This document shows, piece after piece, positions 9,359 to 15,868 of a DNA stretch of 35,642 nucleotides. The translations under genes and the position numbers were made by a program. Source of the DNA: an uncultured Thermodesulfobacteriota bacterium (GTDB lineage Bacteria; Desulfobacterota; B13-G15; RBG-16-54-18); contig CAZFIR010000038.1 of assembly GCA_964519535.1 (NCBI GenBank), positions 1-35,642 of the forward strand, read 5' to 3'. The notes beneath the pieces are model-generated. The model saw only the letters and a list, made by a program, of their open reading frames with translations, ran no database searches and was not told the origin of the DNA. Each line of letters starts with the position of its first letter. The stretch's first letter is position 1.

Positions 9359-10075
9359 TCATTTCTGATCTTGAGGGGTCGTTGTCACTAAGATTTTCTT
9401 GGCCATTCCGGCACCCAGGGCGATCCGGGTTTCCTGCGAGGCCACGATCAGCGGTCCTGGGCCGCTGCTCTTGATCACTTCCACCTCGGCACCCCTCTTG
9501 AGGCCCATGCTTGTTAACCGCCGTTCCATCCCCCTGGCGCCCCGAAATCCCACAATGCGCACCTGCTCACCCGGGGAGGCCATGATAAGGGGCATGACAT
9601 CCTTCCGTTTCCTCAGGCAGTTGGCGCAGAGCCCATAGATATCCATGCGGTGCTGGAGGTCGTGGAATCCCATGCGACGGGCCGTCTCCGCCTGCAGGTC
9701 CTCGATTTCCGGATTATAAAACTCCAGGATGGAACCGCACCGGACACAGATCAGGTGATCGTGGTGTTTGCCCAGGTGATGATGTTCATATTGTGTCGCC
9801 TGATCGCCGAAGTGTTTTTCTTGGGCAAAGCCGTATTGGGCAAAGAGCCTCAAATTTTCGGCTACAAACTCCTCCGTCGCGGAAATCCCCTTTTCTTTCA
9901 GGATACCTGTCAACTCAGAAGCAGTCAGGTGGTTTTCGGTACCGAGAAAAGTTGCAAGGATCGTTAGCCTCTCATCGATCCGGTCGAGCCCTTCACCCTC
10001 GAAGATGACCTTGAACTGTTGATAGATATTCCTGTGGTCTTTCGCAAGTCTTCTGCCTCGCATTCGTGCTCTCAT
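9359..10075 (-). CDS. Fur-family metalloregulator fused to a C-terminal FeoA domain
   Basis: Residues ~30-155 are Fur-like: a winged-helix part, HHHLGKHHDHLICVRCG and a C-terminal CANC. Residues ~161-231 (coordinates 9383-9595) are FeoA-like: GEQVRIVGF...RRLTSMGLKRGAEVEV. Confidence 0.7.
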   Translation of the reverse strand: MRARMRGRRLAKDHRNIYQQFKVIFEGEGLDRIDERLTILATFLGTENHLTASELTGILKEKGISATEEFVAENLRLFAQYGFAQEKHFGDQATQYEHHHLGKHHDHLICVRCGSILEFYNPEIEDLQAETARRMGFHDLQHRMDIYGLCANCLRKRKDVMPLIMASPGEQVRIVGFRGARGMERRLTSMGLKRGAEVEVIKSSGPGPLIVASQETRIALGAGMAKKILVTTTPQDQK

Positions 10076-10084
10076 GTCTTGTGC

Positions 10085-10453
10085 TCAATCATCCAGCCCC
10101 TCTTGAAACCCGACGGTAGGGCGTTCTGCAGTGATGAGCTCACCCCGCTTCACCTTTTCAATGGCAGCGCTGACTGTTCCGGATGCGACAGTATAGACAT
10201 CCATGCCGGCTCCCGTGAGGGTTACGAGTGCGTTGTGCCCGATATTCTTAACGACAACCCCATCGATATCCTTGGCAATAAGCATTTGGCATGCTCGGAT
10301 GCCGGCAGCATTTTTTTCTTTCTGTCCAGGATTTTCAATCGTCTCAGTTGTCATCGATTTTGTATCTATTACCAGAAAGTACGGACAGCGACCGAAACGA
10401 TCGTCAACGCGCGATGATATGGTCTTTCCCTTGGATGCAATGGCGATTTTCAT
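10085..10453 (-). CDS. NifB/NifX-family (dinitrogenase Fe-Mo cofactor biosynthesis domain) protein
   Basis: The N-terminus MKIAIAS...RVDDRFGRCPYFLVID is typical of this family. The 122-aa size fits. It shows ATGA translational coupling with the upstream fur. Confidence 0.75.
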   Translation of the reverse strand: MKIAIASKGKTISSRVDDRFGRCPYFLVIDTKSMTTETIENPGQKEKNAAGIRACQMLIAKDIDGVVVKNIGHNALVTLTGAGMDVYTVASGTVSAAIEKVKRGELITAERPTVGFQEGLDD

Positions 10454-11019
10454 CTTCTGGTATTCCCTGTTTGGTTATGAAGGTTCTTGGTTTGCCTGCT
10501 CATATCAAGTGTCTGATGCTTTTTTAATGCTTTACGTGATGAGTTCCGGACAGTGCATGCTTCCTGCTCCTGCGCGCACTGTGAGCAATACCCTAAGAGT
10601 TCAAATCGATGGGATGTTATAGCAAAATCGTACTTTTTCCCGATCCGGCTCTGAATAGACGCGACAGCGTTATCTGCAAACTCAATGATCCTTCCGCAGC
10701 TGACACATCGGAGGTGACTGTGATGTTTGTGGCCATAGACGTGCTCATAGTGGAGATGGCCGTCCTCGAAATAGACCTCCTTAATCAATCCGCTGTCGAT
10801 GAGGAGGGGGATGGTCCTGTACAGGGAGGCCTTGGAGATCCGCTTCTTCTTGTTCCTCAACCGCAAAAAGAGCTCATCCACGTCGAAGTGATCGTGGATC
10901 GAGAATATCTCATCGATAATTGTCTCCCGTTCCGGCGTATTCCGCAGCCCCTTTTCCTTGATGTATTCCCGGAATTTTTGTATGGCGTCCATGACCGTAC
11001 TATTATTATTGAGTTTCAT
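10450..11019 (-). CDS. fur: Fur family transcriptional regulator
   Basis: Fur signatures include RNTPERETII, SKASLYRTI, HHSHLRCVSCGRIIEF and CSQC. I prefer ATG 11019 because the track start TTG 11025 lies inside the predicted -10 box. Confidence 0.8.
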   Translation of the reverse strand: MKLNNNSTVMDAIQKFREYIKEKGLRNTPERETIIDEIFSIHDHFDVDELFLRLRNKKKRISKASLYRTIPLLIDSGLIKEVYFEDGHLHYEHVYGHKHHSHLRCVSCGRIIEFADNAVASIQSRIGKKYDFAITSHRFELLGYCSQCAQEQEACTVRNSSRKALKKHQTLDMSRQTKNLHNQTGNTRR

Positions 11020-11053
11020 TTTCAATAATACCCCCTTGATCCGGCTCTGTCAA
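11005..11053 (-). promoter_or_regulatory. Candidate sigma70 promoter of the fur-feo operon, with an overlapping Fur-box-like site
   Basis: On the minus strand: TTGACA (11053-11048), a 17-nt spacer, then TATTAT (11030-11025). The -10 ends 5 nt before ATG 11019. GAAAATGAAACTCAATAAT (11023-11005) matches 13/19 of the E. coli Fur-box consensus GATAATGATAATCATTATC. Confidence 0.4.
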
Positions 11054-11151
11054 GTCCCTTTTTGTTCCTCAGCAAAGGCGGACCCGCGGTTTGCTGGCCG
11101 TTGCAGAACAAAAGGATGGCTGGCTTGCGAGGGAGGATAATACAAAAAAGG

Positions 11152-11180
11152 TTGACAGGGTTAATGAATATATGGTAATG
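11152..11180 (+). promoter_or_regulatory. Possible promoter for the Tyr-leader/aminotransferase transcript
   Basis: There is a perfect TTGACA at 11152-11157. The best -10 candidates are only GGTAAT (16-nt spacer) or GTAATG (17-nt spacer), so the -10 is weak. Confidence 0.3.
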
Positions 11181-11199
11181 ACACTGACAAGAGGGTCAC

Positions 11200-11295
11200 A
11201 TGGGATTTAAAAGCCTTTACTACTACTACTACTACTACTACTATTACTACTATAGCGAGAAAGAAAGGAGCCCGGGAGCCTCTCTGCACCAATGA
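11200..11295 (+). CDS. Leader peptide with 12 consecutive Tyr codons (MGFKSLYYYYYYYYYYYYSEKERSPGASLHQ)
   Basis: ATG 11200 is preceded by GAGGG (11191-11195). Twelve in-frame Tyr codons span 11218-11253 and the stop TGA is at 11293-11295. It is followed by a terminator directly upstream of the aminotransferase. At 31 codons it is too short for the supplied ORF track. Confidence 0.7.
   Translation: MGFKSLYYYYYYYYYYYYSEKERSPGASLHQ
11218..11253. repeat. Trinucleotide microsatellite (TAC)8-TAT-(TAC)2-TAT
   Basis: Read directly from the sequence. It is in frame with the leader ORF. Confidence 0.95.
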
Positions 11296-11331
11296 TTTAA
11301 CGGGAAAAGGGTTTATTAGAGGCCGATGGGC
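11270..11331 (+). promoter_or_regulatory. Candidate antiterminator helix of the Tyr attenuator
   Basis: GCCCGGGAGCCUCU (11270-11283) can pair with AGAGGCCGAUGGGC (11318-11331). That gives 5 bp (one G-U), a 3x3 internal loop, then 6 bp. The helix sequesters the whole 5' arm of the terminator. Confidence 0.5.
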
Positions 11332-11356
11332 ACCACGTCCATCGGCCCTTTTTTTA
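11321..11356 (+). terminator. Intrinsic terminator (attenuator) immediately upstream of the aminotransferase
   Basis: An 11-bp GC-rich stem (11321-11331 with 11337-11347) has the loop ACCAC. It is followed by C and U7 (11349-11355). No upstream + strand gene needs it; the SD GGAGG is at 11365 and the ATG at 11376. Confidence 0.8.
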
Positions 11357-11375
11357 TTTCATATGGAGGTGTCAG

Positions 11376-12560
11376 ATGAAGAAAAAGGCACAGTTTGAAC
11401 CGGCACAGCGTCTCAAGGAGCTCCCCCCCTATGTCTTTGCCGAGATCGAGGCGAAGAAACAGGAACTTGAGGCCAAAGGGGTGGAGATCATAGATCTGGG
11501 CAGGGGCGACCCCGATCTCCCTACACCCCCCCATATCGTCGAACGGCTCAAGGAGGCCCTGAAGGCCCCTGACTTCAACCGCTATCCTTCGTACGTCGGA
11601 ATTTCTGAGTTCCGCCGGGCAGCGGCCCGGTGGTATAAAAAGAGGTTCGGGGTATCCCTAGATCCGGAGACCGAGGTCATCTCCCTCATCGGCTCCAAAG
11701 AAGGGGTGTCGCATGCCCCCATGGCATATGTCGATCAGGGGGACATCGCCCTGTTTCCCGATCCCTGTTTCCCCATCTTCTATACCTCCATCCTTTTTGC
11801 CAAGGGCAGGCCCTATCCCATGCCGCTGTTGGAGGAAAACGCATACCTTCCCGACCTGGGCAAGATCCCCAAAGAGGTGGCTGAAGGTGCCAAGCTGATT
11901 TCCCTGAATTATCCCCATAACCCCACGACAGGGGTGGCTACACATGATTTTTTCCGGGAGGTGGTCCGTTTCGCCAAGCAGTACCACCTTGTGGTGATTC
12001 ATGACTTGGCCTACTCGGAGATATACTATGATGGACACTATTGCCCCAGCATCCTTGAGGTGGACGGTGCCAAGGATGTGGTGGTTGAATTTCACTCACT
12101 TTCTAAGACCTATAATATGGCTGGCTGGCGCATCGGTTTCGCCGTTGGTAATGCAGAACTGGTGGGATATCTGACCCTGGTGAAGACCAACATCGACGTG
12201 GGGATCTTCGGACCGATTCAGTTGGCGGGTGTCGAGGCCCTGGAGGGGGACCAATCAAGCGTCGATGAGCTTCGCAGGGTCTACCAGCGGCGCAGGGATA
12301 TCCTGGTGGCCGGGCTGCGTGAGGCCGGGCTCGAGTTCAATGTCCCGCAGGCTACTTTTTACATCTGGGTGCGGGTCCCTTCCGGACATACCTCGGCATC
12401 CTACACGGATTACCTCCTGGACAAAGCGGGGATCATGGTTACCCCGGGCCACGGCTTTGGCAAGACCGGGGAGGGGTACATCCGCTTCGCCCTCACCTTT
12501 TCCGAAGAAAAGCTTCAGGAAGCAGCCCGCCGCCTGGCGGCATTAAAAAAGGAGGGGTAG
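11376..12560 (+). CDS. PLP-dependent class I/II aminotransferase (AspC/LL-diaminopimelate-aminotransferase-like)
   Basis: The N-terminus LPPYVFAEI...IDLGRGDPDLPTP, the NYPHNPTG-like motif and the PLP-lysine motif SLSKTYNMAGWRIGF are present. The RBS is a strong GGAGG. Confidence 0.9.
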   Translation: MKKKAQFEPAQRLKELPPYVFAEIEAKKQELEAKGVEIIDLGRGDPDLPTPPHIVERLKEALKAPDFNRYPSYVGISEFRRAAARWYKKRFGVSLDPETEVISLIGSKEGVSHAPMAYVDQGDIALFPDPCFPIFYTSILFAKGRPYPMPLLEENAYLPDLGKIPKEVAEGAKLISLNYPHNPTTGVATHDFFREVVRFAKQYHLVVIHDLAYSEIYYDGHYCPSILEVDGAKDVVVEFHSLSKTYNMAGWRIGFAVGNAELVGYLTLVKTNIDVGIFGPIQLAGVEALEGDQSSVDELRRVYQRRRDILVAGLREAGLEFNVPQATFYIWVRVPSGHTSASYTDYLLDKAGIMVTPGHGFGKTGEGYIRFALTFSEEKLQEAARRLAALKKEG

Positions 12561-12645
12561 GGTATAAAGAAGAATGCAATCCTTAGATTGATGAGGCTGA
12601 AGATAATGCGGTATGGATTAGAGAGACTATGGGGGAGGGGGGTAT

Positions 12646-12692
12646 GATTTAGGGTCAGGTCCCAACAGGCCGTTGGGACCTGACCCTAAATC
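12646..12692. terminator. Bidirectional terminator hairpin between convergent genes
   Basis: A perfect 21-bp inverted repeat, GATTTAGGGTCAGGTCCCAAC (12646-12666) with 12672-12692, has the loop AGGCC. A T-run follows on the + strand. Confidence 0.75.
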
Positions 12693-12694
12693 TT

Positions 12695-13648
12695 TTAATA
12701 CGTTCTCTCGGCCAAGAATTTCAAGAGGTGATGCAAGATCGGGTGTGAAAAGTTGATGGAATCGGCGATGGACTCAGCCTTATGTAATTGTTTCTCAATA
12801 AATTGTTGGGCTTCATCCAGGACCCCCGCTTGTACGACGGCGTCCCTGGCTGCTGGAAATTCTGGCAGGGCAAAGAGGTCGGGCGGGAGTTGGGGGTTGG
12901 CCTTGTGAAGGTACCCGATGGTGATATAGGTCTTCTTCTTCCGCCGCCAATCGCTTCCCACATCTTTGCCCAAGGTCTTTTCATCCGCTACAAAATCCAG
13001 GAGATCGTCTCTGACCTGAAAGGCCAAGCCGATATGTCCCCCCATATCCTTTAAATGCCCTAAGACATCGCTATTGGATGCACAGGAGAAGTAGCCCAAT
13101 TCAAAGGCCAGCGCGAAAAGCCGTGCCGTCTTTTGGGAGATCATGGGGAGATAGTCATCCAGGGACACGCCATCTCTCGTCTCAAATTCTTTATCCCGCG
13201 CCTGGCCTTCACACACCACGTACATGCCGTCGGTAAAGGCCTCGATCATTTTAATGAGGTGGGGTGACTGGGCGGTGAGCAGTTTCTGATAGGCGAGGGC
13301 GATCATGGCGTCACCCGACAATAAGGCGGTGCCGACATCCCATTTGGTATGCACGGTTTGATATCCCCTTCTGAAGTGATCGTCATCCATGATATCGTCA
13401 TGGACAAGGGTGAAGTCGTGCAAGACCTCGATGGCTATTGCAGCGGGGAGGGCACCTTCGTAATCATTGCAGAAGTGTTCGGCCGTGATAAGGGTGATCA
13501 ACGGTCGAACGCGTTTTCCCGGCAATGTAAAGAAATAGGCGATCGGGTCCCGCAAGGCAGCGAGCCGAGGGAACGGAGCGAAGTTGCGAAATTCCCTGTC
13601 AATGCGTTCCTGATAGGGGAGTAATATGGCCTTTAATGCATCTTCCAT
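12695..13648 (-). CDS. Polyprenyl diphosphate synthase (trans-isoprenyl, FPP/GGPP-synthase family)
   Basis: The first Asp-rich motif is LVHDDIMDDD and the second is FQVRDDLLD. Confidence 0.9.
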   Translation of the reverse strand: MEDALKAILLPYQERIDREFRNFAPFPRLAALRDPIAYFFTLPGKRVRPLITLITAEHFCNDYEGALPAAIAIEVLHDFTLVHDDIMDDDHFRRGYQTVHTKWDVGTALLSGDAMIALAYQKLLTAQSPHLIKMIEAFTDGMYVVCEGQARDKEFETRDGVSLDDYLPMISQKTARLFALAFELGYFSCASNSDVLGHLKDMGGHIGLAFQVRDDLLDFVADEKTLGKDVGSDWRRKKKTYITIGYLHKANPQLPPDLFALPEFPAARDAVVQAGVLDEAQQFIEKQLHKAESIADSINFSHPILHHLLKFLAERTY

Positions 13649-13867
13649 AGCTGTAATAGGTTTGAGACAGTGCTCTCGTAATCGTTCGGAAATATGGCTG
13701 AAAAGTTAACAATAAGATGACAGCATATACTCTCTGTTTTGTCAACAAAAAAATATCTTTTTGGGCGCGCTCATGACAGCGGCTGATGAACTCAAGACAG
13801 TTGTAATTCGCACGAATCTCCAATACAATATTTTGCTACTGAGAGCGACCACGGAGGAGGGGAAGCG

Positions 13868-15601
13868 TTGAGGGTCAAACTGGCAAAGAGGGCCGGGTTC
13901 TGCATGGGCGTGCGGCGCGCCATGGAGATCGTGCTGTCGGAGATCAATCATGGAACCCGACCTCTCTATACGTACGGCCCCCTCATCCATAATCAACAGG
14001 TGTTAGCGCTGCTCGAAACCAAGGGCGTCAGGGCAGTTGATGACGTCAAAGGTCTGGACGGGGGTGCCATTGTCATTCGGGCGCACGGCATCCCCCCGCA
14101 CGAGCGCCGCGCCATCAAGGACTCGGGCCTGCGGATCCGGGATGCCACCTGCCCCCGCGTGGCCCGGGTGCAGGGCATTATCAGCGCTCACACCAAGCAG
14201 GGATATAGCGCCGTTATCGTGGGCGACAAGGATCACCCGGAGGTCGCGGGCCTTATGGGTTATTCCCATGGCAGGGCTTACGCTGTCAACACCTCGGAGG
14301 AGATCGCGAAACTGCCACGCCTGAAGAAAGTGTTCGTGGTCGCCCAAACCACCCAGTCGGCACAAAACTTTCAGGAGGTGGCGCAGGCCGTCAAGGAGCG
14401 TTTTTCCGAGGCCATGATCTTCGACACGATTTGTGACGCTACCTATAACCGTCAAGAAGAAGTTCGGGCCTTCGCGGGGCATGTAGATGGGCTCGTGGTG
14501 GTGGGCGGCTATAACAGCGGGAATACCCAGCGGCTTGTGCAGGTCTCCCGTGAGTCGGGTATGCCGACCCTGCATGTGGAGACTGAAAAAGATATTGACA
14601 AGTCAAAGCTTGCGGATATGGAGGTGGTGGGTGTGACGGCAGGTGCCTCAACCCCCAACTGGATGATCAAGAGTGTGGTCAGGGAGATAGAGGCCATCCG
14701 GAGCCGCAAAGAGACCTTCCTGGGTCGCTGGATCATCAAGACCGCCCGTTTTTTACTGATGAGCAATTGCGTCGTGGCAGCGGGGGCCTTCGCCCTTGCC
14801 CATGCGGCCGCCGTTCTCACCGGAAGGACCACCGGTCTCATCTATCCATCGCTGGCGTTTTTCTACATCTACGCCATGCACGTCTTGAATCGTTTTCTCG
14901 ATAAAGGCGCCAGCGCTTATAATGATCCGGAGATAGCTACCTTTTACCGAAAATATCGGACCTTTTTGATCGTATCAGGAATCGTCTCCATTATAACGGC
15001 CCTTGCCCTCTCCTGGTATCTGGGGCCGGGGGTCTTTTTCGTTATGGCAGGCTTAAACCTCTTAGGGATCGTGTACAGTATCCCTCTGGTGCCCGAGAGA
15101 CTCAGGCCGGTGTGGCGATACGCTCGCATTAAGGACTTCCCCGGGTCCAAGACCCTCTCAGAGGCCCTGGCATGGGGTGTGGTCATCGCCCTCCTCCCGT
15201 TGTTAGGGAGCCAAGACGTGGCATTGCTGGCTGCATTGGCTGCGTTCATCTTCGTATTTTCAATTACGTATTTCCGATCCGCGCTCTTCGATATCTTTCA
15301 GGAGCAGGGCGATCTCTTCGTCGGTGTGGAGACCCTTCCCATTACCCTGGGGCAGGAAAGGACCCTTTTGCTCCTGAAGGGTGTGGCCGTCTTTACGGGA
15401 GTATTCCTTATTGCGGCCCCCCTTTCCGGGGTGGTTGGACCATTCGCATATCTCCTGCTTCTCTGTGTCCTCTCATTGACCCTCTGCCTCTTCGCCTATG
15501 AGCGAAAGTGGCTTCATCCGGGCAGGCGTTTTGAGGCCCTGGTGGAAGGGAATTTCTTTTTGGCGGGTCTCTTGGGCCTGATCTGGCAGATCCTTTTTTG
15601 A
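13868..15601 (+). CDS. ispH: IspH (HMBPP reductase) fused to a C-terminal polytopic UbiA-like prenyltransferase-type membrane domain
   Basis: Residues 1-~278 are IspH-like, with the three cluster cysteines (GFCMGV, ATCPRV, TICDAT) and GASTPNW. Residues ~283-577 (14714-15598) contain about 8 hydrophobic helices. They carry NRFLDKGASAYND and EQGDLFVGVETLPITLG, which resemble UbiA/MenA Asp-rich motifs. The TTG start follows GGAGGAGGGG. Confidence 0.8.
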   Translation: MRVKLAKRAGFCMGVRRAMEIVLSEINHGTRPLYTYGPLIHNQQVLALLETKGVRAVDDVKGLDGGAIVIRAHGIPPHERRAIKDSGLRIRDATCPRVARVQGIISAHTKQGYSAVIVGDKDHPEVAGLMGYSHGRAYAVNTSEEIAKLPRLKKVFVVAQTTQSAQNFQEVAQAVKERFSEAMIFDTICDATYNRQEEVRAFAGHVDGLVVVGGYNSGNTQRLVQVSRESGMPTLHVETEKDIDKSKLADMEVVGVTAGASTPNWMIKSVVREIEAIRSRKETFLGRWIIKTARFLLMSNCVVAAGAFALAHAAAVLTGRTTGLIYPSLAFFYIYAMHVLNRFLDKGASAYNDPEIATFYRKYRTFLIVSGIVSIITALALSWYLGPGVFFVMAGLNLLGIVYSIPLVPERLRPVWRYARIKDFPGSKTLSEALAWGVVIALLPLLGSQDVALLAALAAFIFVFSITYFRSALFDIFQEQGDLFVGVETLPITLGQERTLLLLKGVAVFTGVFLIAAPLSGVVGPFAYLLLLCVLSLTLCLFAYERKWLHPGRRFEALVEGNFFLAGLLGLIWQILF

Positions 15602-15633
15602 TTTTAGACTGTAACTAGGATACAAAGGGCGTT

Positions 15634-15846
15634 ATGGTTGAAGAGATTCAAACAATGTTTCAAGGGAATGGGGGTATATTGGGTTTTGTCAGCGCCGAGA
15701 TAGCCTGGGTCTATATCGGCTGCATACTGGCCTCTCTGCTCTGTGTCGTGTACGGTCTGATCCAGTGGAACAGGGACGGGAAAAGCACCCGGGTGCGGAG
15801 GGCGAGGCGGGTAAAAAAGGGTGGACGCCCCCGGCGCAGACGATAA
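15634..15846 (+). CDS. Symporter small accessory membrane protein
   Basis: It has a single TM helix (WVYIGCILASLLCVVYGLIQWN) and a basic tail. It lies directly upstream of the solute:sodium symporter, which is the typical arrangement. The start could instead be ATG 15655. Confidence 0.6.
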   Translation: MVEEIQTMFQGNGGILGFVSAEIAWVYIGCILASLLCVVYGLIQWNRDGKSTRVRRARRVKKGGRPRRRR

Positions 15847-15868
15847 TTCCATAGTGTAGGCAAGGGAA

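Noticed and set aside
11162-11181. A TAATGA-N8-TAATGA direct repeat upstream of the Tyr leader, considered as a second Fur box or TyrR-like site
   Set aside because: It matches the Fur consensus poorly when aligned. I know of no regulator consensus that fits, so the evidence is insufficient.
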